Shown here: positions 11,424-25,580 of the stretch, piece after piece
Position numbering within the stretch: position 1 is the first letter of the stretch
How the letters are laid out: each line of letters starts with the position of its first letter
Source: Octopus vulgaris
Lineage: Eukaryota
Direction: 5' to 3'
Length of the DNA stretch: 64,000 bases
Assembly (NCBI GenBank): GCA_951406725.2
Contig: OX597816.1
Location: 150,970,001-151,034,000 of the forward strand
Program-made: the position numbers and the translations under genes
The notes under the pieces: model-generated
Databases searched by the model: none
What the model was told of the DNA's origin: nothing
Seen by the model: only the letters and a program-made list of their open reading frames with translations

Positions 11424-12758
11424 GTATACATAAAATTCATTTTGTTTTTCTACAGATACACATATACATGCTAACAGACACCCTAACATCAATAAGCACC
11501 TTTGCACACAACCATGCATGCACACACACATACACACACATGCATACATACATACAAGCTTGAATATCAGTCGTGTGGTATTGTTTATCACAAGCAAATG
11601 AACAAATAGCTACTATTCCCCATCAACAAAGAGTGAAAAATAAAATAGAAAGGATGTTTGGAGATAGTGAGAACTGAACAATTGAATGCAAATTACTTGC
11701 CCTCAAACAAGAATTAAAAGCTTTCAGTGAAAATTGCTGGCATCAGAAGAGAGAAAAAAATTATTGAGACATTCATTTTTAACCAGCCTGTGATATGAGG
11801 AATTCTGTCAATAAATGTCATTTTCTCAGGAAAATATAGCTTTATTTTGGAGAAAAGTCTAGAATGAGAAAAAGGACTTCAACCATGATGCAAGATAGCT
11901 AGAAGAAATATAAAAATCTATTATCTTTGTATAATGTCCAAAGCATACAGTACCAGTAGTGATACTCATGAGACAGTGATATGAAAACATCGTGAAGAAA
12001 CTTGATTGCTGGATATTGCAGCAAAATAATTGGCCTTCTGAGTGGGGGATCTTAAAGACTTTTACCAGCGAGCTTTCAGTAGGGATATAAATAATCTAAG
12101 CTGATTTATGCTTGCAGAATCAAAATGGATACCTCAAAATAAAGTTGCTCACATAGGGAAAAACTATTACCCAAATACATATAAGAATCTAATGTATGTA
12201 ATGTACACAGTTTCTCTGAATCTATTCCTGCAGAATTACTGTAATAGTAGCAATATCATTACAGTGAACTAGCAGCTGGGAAGAAAAGAGTCTGGAGATG
12301 TGCAGAACAACTTTTAATTAACAAAACTGTAGTATCAGAGGTGTGGTAGCATAGAAGGAATTTGGTCATAATCTGGCTGGATTAATCTGATTTGGATTAA
12401 AAGAAAGTTTCTACTTCAACTCTCTCCCTGAAGCCATCACTCTTGATGACTTCAATGCTCATAACTGATCAGGGCCCTTTTCCTCATTCCAAACTGACAC
12501 CACTATCCTAAGGCAAATGTTCAGGGGCCCAATATATTCTGTGGATGTGCATGTAAGGGCTCCACTATACTCTACCACACCATCAACCTTTTTTAGCTGC
12601 TGTCTTCTGACCACCTTCCCAGCTTCCCCACACTCTTTCTCACCTTTCTTTCTCTTCTCTTTCTCTATTTCCCTTTCTCCATGTCTCCTGTTCCTTTCTT
12701 TTTCTTTTCTAGCTCTACTGAAAGCTTTAATGTGTGTGTGCATGCATGTGTGTGTGTG

Positions 12759-12833
<75 letters not shown>

Positions 12834-13529
12834 ACGGACTTGCAGTTTATAGCTTTTTCTGTCTATTCATGATTGTCCCATCTTCTTGCCACCAGACTGG
12901 TGAGTCTTTAACCATTAACCAGCACTTCTCTGTTTAAGGAATTGACAGCATACCAGAGAAACTTCAGATTAACAGGCTACTAGCAATCAACCCAAAAAGT
13001 AAAGCATCCTGGAAATAGGGGCATTTGCAACAAAGGCCTCACTTTCCAGGTTCTCGAAAAGTGTACAGAACTTTTTGCTGGATGCTATATCTGCACTGAA
13101 AATCCAGATGTACCATCTTCACGTCTACTGACACCAAATTCCATAACATCTGTTGAATTTACTCTTGCAATTCTGCCATACAGTCTTAACCATATATGCA
13201 ACTATTCCTCCCCTAATCTTGATGGTGTTACTTATTATCTGATTTTCATTTGAAGCAGACTCTTTCTACTGCATCACTTTTTCTACTTTTTCAGTTCTGT
13301 TTTGATAACTGTGTTACCCCTGAACAGTAGAAATCTACCAGTGTTATTCTCCTGTATACACTTTCAGTTATATCTTGGAGAACTATTGTAAAGACAAGGA
13401 CTGAACACTGATAAATCCATGCTTGCAAGCTAAATTCCTCATTGAACTCAATCTTCACTCACATTTTACTGATTGCACCAGTTGTATGGATTTTGTAAAA
13501 CTAGTCATCTACCTGTAGATTCCTTAGTG

Positions 13530-13910
13530 GCTCCTGGATCACAGAGTAAGGGACTCTGCCAAAGGTCTTCTTGAAGTTGATAAATATTAAGTATAGGAAT
13601 TCCTAGCTAAGTACTTTTCCTGCACAAAGCCAGACGTCTCATCCAGGCTAATCCAATTCTTAATCAATTTTGCAATAACTCTTTCAATAACTTTCATAAC
13701 CTATTCTAGTAATTTTATGCCTCTGTTGTTGCCTCTCTCTAATGCATCTCTTTTACCCTTGTAGTAGTTAACAATGATATTATTATACTTGTAATTGGGT
13801 ATTACACAATCTTGTGTCCTTTGACTGACTTTTCAAGTGACAATCACATACTCTACCTTACCAAACATTTAAGTATCTTAGTGACTCTCCTTGAGTATCA
13901 ACTGCTTGCC
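13530..13910 (-). mobile_element. RTE LINE reverse-transcriptase fragment
   Basis: Minus-strand RGIKLLE.VMKVIERVI, homologous to the RT at 42580-43100. Confidence 0.7.
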
Positions 13911-14991
13911 TTGTTTTCATATCTTTAATCTTCCTATTTATATATGCATATATACTCCACACATACATGCATATGTGTGTGTGTACACATGTTTGTGTGT
14001 GTGCATGTATGTGCTTTGTCTGTCTGTATGTATATATATGGTCTCTTTCTCTATTTGAATTCTTCCTATAAAAAGGGTAACAAAGAAACAAAGTTCTATC
14101 GTGGAATTTAGATAACAAAAGGGAAAATTTACATGCTGGATTGTATAAAATTGATGCTACTCATGTAGCTTCAGCTTTAGACCAGATTCCTCTTCAGTCT
14201 TGGCTCACTTTGTAATTGAATCTAGACTACAAGTTATGCCTGATGTGCAGATGTCCATTCCAATTTAAAAGTTTCTACACACATTCTTGGCCACAACACA
14301 TTGGCTGAAATTACTAAAATAAAAGCACACATGCGTCCATCTAATCTCCAGATAGACTTCTTATTTAACTAAGATTATAGAGTTTCATTATGACACAATT
14401 CTTATGATGTAGTTAACTCTATTAAACGTTAGCTATGAAGTATTTTCTAACTCTGAGATGGATCATTCCTTCATATTTTATTTATATTTTTATTGATTAC
14501 ATCAAAGGGGGAAGTGAAAAAGACCTATGACTTTCTTTAAAGCTTCTAAGGCTAATAGAAGAAAGGTGAAAGGTTATCTTCAAGCTAGAGATCTGACCCA
14601 AATCTTTAGAATGGAATGTATTTTCTTAAAGGTGCCTAAGGAACAGGTGGTTGTGTTAAATCAAGAGACACTTTAAATCTACTACTCAAGTCATTGATGT
14701 CCTTCCACACAACCTCTGTCTACCAAATATCACTCACAAAGTTTGGATGATCTGAAGCTATGATAAAATACATTTGCCCAATGTACTGCACAATGGATTT
14801 GAACCTAAAACTACATAGTTGTAAAGTAAACTTCTTACCTACACTGCCCTGCTCACACCCATATTGTTAGTGTTTATTTAGTTATAAATACTCTAGGCCT
14901 GGTCATACAATGTTTTCCAAAACCATTCATAAATCATTAAGAGATCACTTTATATAGACAACTAATAGATTTACTGGGTTCTTCCTTCTAG

Positions 14992-15118
14992 CCCTGTTTA
15001 TGTGGATGAAAACTGTAACTTAGAAGTTGTGGCACAAAGGATCATTTGGGGAAAACTTATCAATGTTGGACAAAACTGTGTTGCTCCAGACTACGTCATA
15101 TGTAACTTTGAGATCCAG
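14992..15118 (+). CDS. ALDH3: ALDH3 exon with catalytic Cys (PVYVDENCNLEVVAQRIIWGKLINVGQNCVAPDYVICNFEIQ)
   Basis: WGK..N.GQxCVAPDY motif, Cys codon 15077-15079; AG 14990-14991, GTAAGG 15119. Confidence 0.96.
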
Positions 15119-15143
15119 GTAAGGTGTACTTTGTACTTTCAGA

Positions 15144-15184
<41 letters not shown>

Positions 15185-16300
15185 TTTCCAAGATCTCTTA
15201 TCACCACCACTACAATAATTGTCATCACCAACATCAAAACCATCTTCACTATCTTTATGCACTGCTTTGTCCTTTATACATTACCAGAAGTTGAAGCTTT
15301 TAGTGGTGATCCAAATCAAGTAGACACACAACACTCCATTTTAATTTATCAACAATGTGTGTTACAGAAGTCTTCATCAATATCATAGCCACATCATACA
15401 ACCAAGGCAGCAAACTAGCAGAGTTATTAGAGCATTGGATACAGCACTTCATGGTATTTGTTCCAACTCTCTAAGTTCAAATCTCTTTTATCCTTTGGGG
15501 GGTCAATGAAAGTATCAATCCAGAGTACAGGATTGGTGAAACTATAAGAGAGTCAGGTAAAATGACATATATTATCTATTCTAGCTCCTTGACCTGCAAC
15601 AGCTCTGGTGCCAAGTTATATCAGGACAAGCTTTTGGTTTGAATAAATATTAGTGGACTTTCCTGGGTCATTACCTTGAAAATCCCACCAAATTCCTTAA
15701 CAACTGTTGAATCCACTCCTGCAATACTGCAATGTCACCTCAAGCATTTACACAACTATGCCTCCCCTGATGGTGTTACTTATCTGCTTCTTAAATGTGG
15801 TAGGCTATTTCTGCTGCACCAGTTTTTGCTACTTTTCCATTTAATAACTACGTTTCCTCTGAAAAGTGGAAAATTGCCAATGTTATTCTCCTGCTTCAAA
15901 AAAGCAATTGTATATCAACTGTTAATCATAGTCCAGTTAATCTCACTACCTGTATTGCCGATAGATGAAGTCCTATGTCAGAGAGACACTCTGGAACTTC
16001 TAAAGCTCTCATAAAATTATTCAACCCTCACAGCTTGGATCTATTTCTCACTTCAGCTGTTATGGCCAACTTATTGAATTTCTTGCAAGCCTGTTTCTGG
16101 ATGTTTCAAGCCCTTAACTTCTTGCTTCCCAAACGGTCATGGTGAAAATTTCTGCAATGGGCAGGAAGGCTAATCTTTATGTATGGTTGTCTCTCAAATC
16201 CGTGATTCCCGGTTCTGCAACTTCCAAATGTTTGTATTGCACTTACTCCATCAAATCAACACTACCTGTACAGTGTCCACAGAGCAACATGAAATGAAGT

Positions 16301-16755
16301 TGTAGGAAGGCACAAAGAAGCCAGCACCATTTTGAAATAGCGAGATCTCACCTGCAACCATTGCCATATGTGAGACAAAAACGAAATCTCGCCTGCAACC
16401 ATTATTTAAGGAAAAGACAAGAACATTTTCCCTCTGATTCTTCTCATGCTGACCGCCGAGCAATACCTCATAGCTAGGAGCTCACAGTGGACTTTTGTCC
16501 TGCTGTGATACCACATGCATTGTCTCCAGAGGTTATTGAACCGCATGTGTATAGGAGAGAAGGCTAACTATGCACTGCTGTGAAGATGGTTACTGAAAGC
16601 AAACCCCTTGTATGAAGCACATGTGAATAAACGGTTATTGAATTTACTCCGCCTGAGAACTTCATTCTTCGTATTTTCAGCTCCTTGAATCAACAGAATA
16701 ATTATAATGGAAGAAGATAACCCAAAAGTATCGTAAAAATCTTCCTTCCATTATA
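16301..16755 (+). mobile_element. Solo LTR inserted in a SINE
   Basis: Starts TGTAGGAAGG and ends CCTTCCATTATA (short inverted termini); 4-bp TSD AAGT at 16297-16300 and 16756-16759; internal TATTTAA and AATAAA; SINE halves rejoin across it. Confidence 0.7.
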
Positions 16756-17680
16756 AAGTGTTTTGGTGAAGAACACAGCGCACTGCCTGGTCCGGGCATC
16801 AAACCCACGATCTCACGATCGTGAGTGCAACACCCTAACCAATAGGCCATGCAGCCTCTCGCTAGTTTTTATAACTGGCTGAAGTTCTCCACTCTCAATC
16901 GAAAAGAGAGAGTTACGGAACTAGAACGATAACCTACACCTTATGCTATGACATCTGATATGCCACAGGGATCCATTCTTGGTTCTCTATTCTCTTGGTT
17001 GCATATTATTAATATTGTGTTAAATATTCAGACAATATTAAGCTATGCCTTGGGATGAAAAGATAATATAGAGCTTTCTTGCCATCTGATCTGGACACAA
17101 TGCAACAATGGATTGTTGACTTACAACTCAAGTTGGCTGTAGACACGTGAACCATTATACATTTTGAAAAGAAACCAGAATTACTCTAAAATAATACATT
17201 AAAATTAAAACTGATTGTAACAGTTACGCGTACACAAGGATAGAATGAAAAGCAATATAAGGGAGATAATCTAGGAAAAGATTTACTTCCCTTGAATTGT
17301 TTGCAGTGATAATGGTTTGCCTTGTCAATATTCAGGTTTTATATATTATTCCGGAAAGGAAGAATAAATAAATAAATAAAACTTTCAGTCTTTGTTGAGT
17401 TACCATTAAGTACGTACTATGGGATAGTAATAGAGCTTACTCCGACTAAATACCACGATGGTTCTGATTTCTGATATAACGATTAGAGATTTCTGAAATG
17501 CCTATGGATCTGCGTTGTGTGTACATTGTCTTCTGCTCTGTAAATTACTTAGATGGGCTATAAAATACTTCAGAGGATGATAACACAAAAGATTTCACAT
17601 GGGTAACACTAAACATACTACTTTCTTTGAAATACTTGATCTGTTCTTATCTCCAGCTCCTGTGTATGAGAGACAAATTA

Positions 17681-17927
17681 CAATAATCCCTTGACTTTCA
17701 TGGATGTTGTGTTCCAAAACCCTCCCCAATAGATGAAAATCCGTGAAGTAGCAACAGTACCGTACTGTATAATTTTTTTAATATTTTTTATAATTTCTTT
17801 AAAATTATTTTATTATGCAAAACAACACCATGGAAGAATCAGCATAAGCTTAAATAATAAACCATGAGAGATGAACTGCATTAGGTGAACCAGTATAGGT
17901 GAATCGTGATATGGTGAAGGAATACTG
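17681..17927. mobile_element. Tigger/pogo-like MITE
   Basis: TA-flanked imperfect TIRs CAATAATCCCTTGAC / GGTGAAGGAATACTG. Confidence 0.6.
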
Positions 17928-19172
17928 TACTTTCCTATGGAAACAATTAGACTCAGCATTGCAAACCAACAAATTACTTGTCAATTTTACAGTGCTACTG
18001 TTGCTGCAACAGGGTACTATACAACTCTGTGGTAACTAATAAAAGCTAAATGGTGTCAGCTATTGCATTCATCTGCACAAGTTCACAACTGCATGTATCA
18101 AAAAGGTAATATTATACAGTGTCCTTAAGCATGAACATGCAACAGGATCCCCAAGCTCACAACAAATACTGAGCTTCATTAATAATGAGGGTCTCTTCTG
18201 ACACTATCTTATCCTCAACATTTCAAGAACTACTTCACAATAACAGTCCTTTCTTTTTTGGGACCACAGAACAATGCAGATCCCAACAACCACTAAACTT
18301 TTACAAAGACCATGTGAGATCTACAGTGAAATATGTTCTCACATTTGAGATGGAGCTGCTATTGCGCATGTAGTTACTGTGCACTGCATCCAGAAAAGGG
18401 CCACTATAAGATTGGCATGAAGTCATTCACCAATCTTTGACATCCACACTTTGTCTCCTCTTATCACCCATATTGAGTCCCTCATTAGGCCCAATACTAA
18501 CTACTCAGACAATTCTTCTATTCCAGAACATCTTCTCCTTGAAAATTCCATTCTTAGCTATGTTTTTCATGCATTGTTCAAGAGGAAAATTAAACTTTGG
18601 GGCATTACTAGTTTCCTACCAAATTATTGTAAACTAAATAAATAGATAGATAAATAAATAAATAATCCCAAGAGGATGGAAGAAAAGGTAAGAAGAAACG
18701 TTTGTAAATGAATGTACTAATATTAGTTGTTATGTAAATTTATATATAAAAACAGCTAAACATTAAATTTAAGGATTGCTTAATACTTTCAGAAGAGTAC
18801 CATATTTTCACATGAAAAATGTTGTCAATGACTCTAAATTTTGGCTTACTAGCCATCATCAGATAATTTAATGGCTGTTAGTAAGTCGAAACTCCAAAGT
18901 TACTGTCAACTATTTCCTTGTAAAAATTGATATAAATGAATAAAATATTTGAAAGAATTGCAGGAACAAAAAAAAAAATCTTGTCAAAATATAATTCAAA
19001 TGTTCTTCCATTGTAGGAAGGAAATATTTTCAGTATTTCAAAATAGTTTAAAAAGAAATGTAATGTCACTGAGTCCATTAATATCCATCTTATTTTAATG
19101 AATGAAAGAATTGTTTTTTAAATAATTTAAGAATGTTGAATTAATTTCTTTTATCTATTTCCTTAAAATCAG

Positions 19173-19276
19173 GACCTTTTGTTTGAAAGAATGCAAATGG
19201 CAATTCAAAAATTTTATGGTAATGAAATCAATGGCTCAGAGTTTTATGGGAAAATTGCCAATGAACAACAATATCA
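19173..19276 (+). CDS. ALDH3: ALDH3 exon (DLLFERMQMAIQKFYGNEINGSEFYGKIANEQQY-Q)
   Basis: FYG.....S..YG.I.N pattern; AG 19171-19172, GTAAGT 19277. Confidence 0.92.
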
Positions 19277-19781
19277 GTAAGTAAAGATTCATTCATTCAT
19301 TGATATAAACAGTCACTTGATAGAGTAGTAACTGATTTAATTTAAACATTCATTCATTCATATATATATACTCTTTTACTTGTTTCAGTCATTTGACTGT
19401 GGCCATACTGGAGCATTGCCTTTAGTTGAGCATATCGACCCCCAGGACTTATTCTTTGTAAGCCTAGTACTTATTCTATCAGTCTCATTTGCCAGACCGC
19501 TAAGTTACGGGAATGTAAACACACCACCATCGGTTGTCAAGCGATGTTGGGGGGAGAGAATTATATGTGTGTATGTGTGTGTATGTGGGGGGGGGGGGAG
19601 AATTCACAAAAAAACAAAAGACGAAGACAGGTGTAGACAACAAACAGATGTATTAGTTTAACACTCAGGAAGTGAAAAAGTCTTTAATGTTTCGAGCCTA
19701 CGCTCTTTCACAGAAAGGAACACAGAAAGAAACAAAGAGAGAAAATAAAGAATGTGTAGTGGCTAGCGATCTATCATGGTG

Positions 19782-19887
<106 letters not shown>

Positions 19888-20536
19888 TCATCATCATCAT
19901 CATTTAGCATCTGTTGTCCATTCTGGCATGGGTTGGATGGTGTGACCAGAGCTGGCTAGCTGGGGGAGTCCAGTCTGATTTAGCATGGTTTCTATGGCTA
20001 GATGCCCTTCCTAATGCCAACCACTTTACAGAGTGTACTGGATGCTGTATACATGTATATTTATGCAGTAAGAGAGAAAGTGAGAGAGACAGAGAGAGAC
20101 AGAGAGGGAGAGAGAGAGAAGAACATATCTAGTGTGAGATACAGAAACTAAAGCACAGTTGAAGTTGTGGGAAGCAATGAAGAAGGGTGATAGCAGTGGG
20201 TTTAAGTGAGGATGAAAGTGAAGCTGGTAAAATCATGGCAACAGTGGCTATACTGTAAAAAAGAAACAAAGAAAGAGTGACAGACAATAACTAAATAATT
20301 ACTGAGTGGAGATTTGGTGTATATAAAATTATCTTGTTATTTATCAAGCAAGCATCCTAAACATAAATTTTCATCCAACTGATTCATGGTCGTCAATGAA
20401 GGTGGATAAAGGGTTCATCTAAATAAAAATATCAGATGAATTTCAAAACAATTTTTTTATTTTCTTGGCCCTTTATGAAAAAGGGGAAAATTGTAATACA
20501 TAAATGACTGATGTTTAGTTAACTTCTTTCATCCAG

Positions 20537-20663
20537 ACGGCTCAAAAACCTTTTGATGCGCCAACAACCAACTTATGGAGGCCGGGTTGATGATACGCAA
20601 CAACTTATAACACCTGGATTAATTATAAATGCAAAGCCAGGAGATCCATTTATGGAAGAAGAG
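20537..20663 (+). CDS. ALDH3: ALDH3 exon (RLKNLLMRQQPTYGGRVDDTQQLITPGLIINAKPGDPFMEEE)
   Basis: RL..LL.....GG and M.EE motifs; AG 20535-20536, GTAAC 20664. Confidence 0.93.
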
Positions 20664-20714
20664 GTAACATTATATATTTTGATGTTTAAGATAAAAATAT
20701 TTTTACATATTCTT

Positions 20715-20920
20715 TTCTACTCTAGGCACAAAGCCCGTAATTTGGGGGGAGAAGGCTAGTTGATTAGATTGATTCCAGTACACAACTGGCACTTAACTCA
20801 TCGACCCCAAAAGGATGAAAGGCAAAGTCGACCTTGGTGGAATTTGAACTCAGAGCATAAAGACAGATGAAATACCGCAAAGCATTTCGCCTGGTGTGCT
20901 AACGTTTCTGCCAGCTTGCT
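20715..20920 (-). mobile_element. SINE copy just downstream of an ALDH3 donor
   Basis: Reverse complement of the 37545 family. Confidence 0.8.
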
Positions 20921-21238
20921 GCATTTTTTACATATTTTTACAATATCTTTACATATTGCAAGAGTACTTTGCCTTACACCTCCCTTGGTGTATATATGTG
21001 TGTGTATGTATGAATAAATAGATTCATATAGATATATGTCCTTGTCTACTTGTGTGTGTGTGGTGGAGAGAAAGAGAGAGAAAGGGGAGAGAGGGGGAAA
21101 AAGAGAAAGAGGGAGGGGAGAGAGAGCAATATAAGTAACATATTTTTCTTTTGTTGTGAATAAATAATATTTATTTTTCCCTTATATATTTGTTTTTAAA
21201 TCTTAAAATTAAGCAAGTTAATTTTACTCATTTATTAG

Positions 21239-21309
21239 ATTTTTGGTCCAATACTTCCAATTGTGCCAGTGAGAAGTGCTGATGAAGCAATTGATCTCAT
21301 CAACAGTTA
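21239..21309 (+). CDS. ALDH3: ALDH3 exon (IFGPILPIVPVRSADEAIDLINS-Y)
   Basis: EE|IFGPILP motif; AG 21237-21238, GTAAGT 21310. Confidence 0.95.
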
Positions 21310-22622
21310 GTAAGTAATTCATAAAAACACAAGTTATTTTCTGCAAAACTTCACAGATTTTACTTGACATCCTTAATTTATTCTCATGTTAGAAAGAATG
21401 TTCTCTTGCTTTTTTGAACCCACTTCTTGTAGTAGTCACCAGTTTCCAAATGAAGAATTGATCATTTGTATTCTATCACTAATTTGCAATGAGTCTTTGT
21501 CAAAGTTACTTAACATATCATATCTGATACTGCCTAAATGTAAATACATGATACTGGTTATGCAAAGTCACTACTGTACTATATAAGGATACTGTATAAG
21601 TAACCTATGTTTCATTATTTTGCATTGTTCAGTTCAGGTCTCCAACTTCAAAAGTCTTTTCTCTGTTTCCAAGTAAATTATGTTCTGTGAAAACTATTTT
21701 ATCAGTCTATCAATACTGTGAGATAAGAGTCTTGACAGCTGAGTTTGATAAGGATCAGCTTATCCCACAAGGTTCTCCCTTGTTTTATTTGTCTTTAAAA
21801 CACATGACCCTCAACAGCAGAGTTCCCTTAACTCTAAATAGGCACTGTAGAGTAGTATAGTCCACTGTTCTAGACAGAGCCTGCACTGTACACCCTTGTG
21901 TCAATTTGAATGGTGAATTCAATTTCTTCTGTAGGAATGTAATGGGAAACCACTTCAGTATATTTCTTGTTTGAATCACTACATGATAGCTAACTCTTCA
22001 ATGATATTCCATGATCCACTTGTCAAATCAATCATGCCATTTTGCAGTGAGACACTATAGTTGGAGAAGAAACTGAAAGTTTTGTCCAAATTACTTGAAA
22101 TAAAAGAATGTGACGTGCTCACAGCATCACTTTTAAACTCTTCATTCATTTTCTTTAGCTGCCCCAGGCTTTGAAATTAGATATCTTGGCAGTTGGTAGT
22201 GTATACTGTATGGCCAACTAGTTTATATCCTTCAGGGTCAGCTAGCTGGATATTTTGCTATAGTTGTTTAACAACTTTTATTTCAAATTTACATTTTGGA
22301 TTATATCCCTTCAAAATCTATTAGCCATTGGTCTTTGACTATGGTTCTTGGATGTTTTGAATTTGTACTTAAAGCCTTTGTTAAAATACAAGTTTGGCAT
22401 TGGTAGATTAAACTCCTTAGGAGGTTGAGAGATTGGATTTCAAGGAGAAACAATTTAGCTTAAAGGTGGAAATAGTGAAATTAAAATTGAAAATGAGGGA
22501 CATAATTGTAATGTTGAAGAGTTTACATTTAAGGGACTGAGATAAGTACTGGGGTTTGAGAATAGAAAGGAGGAGTTTAAATATTAACCCAAGTAATGAG
22601 ATTCTGTTAATACATACATATA

Positions 22623-23715
22623 CAGGGGTTGGACAAAATAATGGAAACACCTAGCATCATAGCATCATAATTTTGAAATATCTATAAAACCATCAAAAGC
22701 TTGTTTATTTTTATGTTTTTTTGTATTTATTATTAGTATTGCTTAATATGTTTGGCTAAAATTGCTGTTTCTTTTCAGATATCATCAGAAAAATATAATT
22801 AAAATTCATTAAAATGACAGATATATCAGACTTTCAAAAAGGTCAAACTGTTGGTGCTCGTATGGCAGGCACTAGCATAATAAAAACAGCCAAAATGTTT
22901 GGTGTATCAAAAAGTACTGTCTTGAAAGTAATGACAATCTTTGAGAAAGAGAGAAAAACCTCCTCATCGAAACAAAACTCCAGAAGAAAACCAAAACTTT
23001 CAGATAGGGACTGTCAGACTCTTACGCAAGTTATTAGAAAGGATCACAAATGTACAGCTCCCAAAATTACTGCAGAGCTTAATGACCACCTCGAGAACCT
23101 AGTTTCCACAAAAACTGTTTGCCAAGAGCTGCACAAAGCCAGATTTTGTGGGTGGGCTACAATCAGAAAACCACTATTTTCAAATACAAACGTTGCAAAG
23201 CATTTAGAGTGGAGTAAAAACCTACACAATTGGTCCCTAGAGCAGTGGAAGAATGTTATTTTCTTGAACAGGTCATCCTTTACCTTATTTCCGACCACCA
23301 ATTATATGTGTGGAGACAGCCAAAAGATGCATCTGACCCAGACTGCCTTCTTTCAACTGTTAGACAAGGAGGATGATCTGTGATGATCTGGCGGGGGTGG
23401 GGGTCCTACATCTTGGAAATCCGCTGGCCCAATGGTTTCCCTTCATGGCAGAATTAATAGTGAAGACTATTTAAGCATTTTATCTGATCAAATTCATCCT
23501 ATGGTTGCAGAACTGTTTCTGGAGGGAAACGCAATCTTTCAGGATGATAATGCACCAATTCACACAGCTAAAGTTGTTACTGAATAGTATGAGGAACATT
23601 CTAGTGAAGTTGAACATCTTATCTGGCCACCACAATCTGCAGATCTCAATATTATTGAACATTTATAGTGCATTTTAGAAAAACAAGTAAGGAGTCAAAA
23701 TCCTCCACCATCATC
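22623..23715 (+). mobile_element. Tc1-type DNA transposon, 3'-truncated; transposase pseudogene from 22814
   Basis: TA+CAGGGGTTGGACAAAATAATGGAAACACC TIR; paired-like HTH N-terminus; first Asp decayed (IFLNRSSF), then FQDDNAPIH and SADLNIIE; frameshift and stops. Confidence 0.92.
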
Positions 23716-24283
23716 TGGTCAAAATTTTCTACCTGTTTTATGTTCAAACTGGCCAGATCTGGCCTCTCACACTGATCTAACAATGTCATTCAAAACATAA
23801 GCAATCGCATCATTGAAATATCAAAGCTACAAGATAATCCATGATTAATTCAAATCAATGTAAATAAATATGTATTGCATTTGACAGAATAATTTGAATG
23901 CTTAAGGGTTAAACATATAAATACCAGATATAAAAATAGTACTTGCATCAGTTTGACAATGTACACCCTGAATGATTTTATTTTATAGAACTTGCCAGTA
24001 CCACCTGACTGGCCCCGTGCCGGTGGCACGTAGAAAGTACCCACTACACTCTCGGAGTGGTTGGCATTAGGAAGGGCATCCAGCTGTAGAAGCTCTGCCA
24101 GATCAAGATTGGAGCCTGGTGCGGCTGTCTGTTTCGCCAGCCCTCAGTCAAAATCGTCCAACCCAAGTTAGCACGGAAAGCGAACGTTAAACAATAACGA
24201 TGATAGCTAATCACTGTGTGACTATTGAGAATATATGCAATATTTTGATTTGATTTTAACTTGAATTGTGTTCTTTTTTGCAG

Positions 24284-24399
24284 TGAGAAGCCACTTGCTT
24301 TATATTTATTCAGTAAAGATAAAAGGTTAATACAGCAGTTTCTGACAGAAACTTCTAGTGGAGGTGTATGTATCAATGACACTGTGGTTCACACAGCAC
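24284..24399 (+). CDS. ALDH3: ALDH3 exon ([38 protein letters not shown])
   Basis: EKPLALY.FS and TSSGG...ND motifs; CAG 24281-24283, GTATGT 24400. Confidence 0.95.
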
Positions 24400-25418
24400 G
24401 TATGTAAACATTTTTTCCTTTCTATTTCTGCTGTACACTATTTGATAATTTCTTTCCCATTTTCCCATAGCAAAATGAACACTAGAAAGAGCTGAAAGGC
24501 TACATATTTGCATAAAATGTTTTCATTTTTGATGATGTTGTTGTAATTACTGTTGCTATTGTTGTTGTTAGTGGTGGTGGTGGTGGTGGTGGTGGTAGTG
24601 GTGGCAGCGGCAGTGGCTGTTTTATAGCAATGCTGATAGTGGCAGTAGTGGTTATAATGACAGTGATGCTATCAAAAGAAAACTCATCGATAGTTTTAGT
24701 GGGGTTATTTCTTCAGTGGTCTTAATTATTAAGTTTCTGTTGGTAGACCACAATATTAGATAGGCTGTGTGTCCAGGTAAGAATGGTAATGTCAATGTTT
24801 TTATAAGTTTCCATGTTTGTTATAACACTTATTAATGTACAACAATTAATTAAAAAAGCAGTAAGCCAGAAACAGTAAATGGGACAGTTAAAAGTCATCA
24901 TTGCATAAAATATTTTAGTTATTTATATGAAAATTGTTCGTGGTTATAAAAGCAAAATAAGTTGAAAAAGGGAGAGCACCTTATCACAAAACTGACCAAA
25001 AGTATTTTCTGTAACACCTTAGGTTGTTCTTTTAAGATGGCTGATTACCCAGCTTTAATAACATTCAGTCAAAACTTCTAGAAACTTCAGCAGAACTATT
25101 TGACAGGAAAATTCACAAAGCTTACTTTCAAGTTTACTACTGTTTGGTTACACACCAACTAATCTGTTTAAGCAAACCATGTTCACAGAGGCATTAATGC
25201 CTTTTATGGTGGCACAGTTATTTTCTCACAGCTGGCTTTGCTTTTTATGGGCTTCAGTCCTAAACTTAGGATCAGAATGAAATTGTTTGAAACTTAGCAG
25301 AAGCTATACAATAGTATAGACTTCTTGATCAGAGTCATTACTGCAACAACCTCCACTAACACCTCCACCATCGTCGCTATAACCTCAAGTTCTTCTCATG
25401 CTTCCATATTTGACTTAA

Positions 25419-25580
<162 letters not shown>

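Larger units (their letters stand above)
15670..18620 (+). mobile_element. Fragmented CR1/L2-like LINE RT interrupted by nested insertions
   Basis: Remnants resembling QxGF...SC..QL.EFL (~16030), PQGSILG.LF (~16960) and D.IKL (~17030). Confidence 0.6.
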
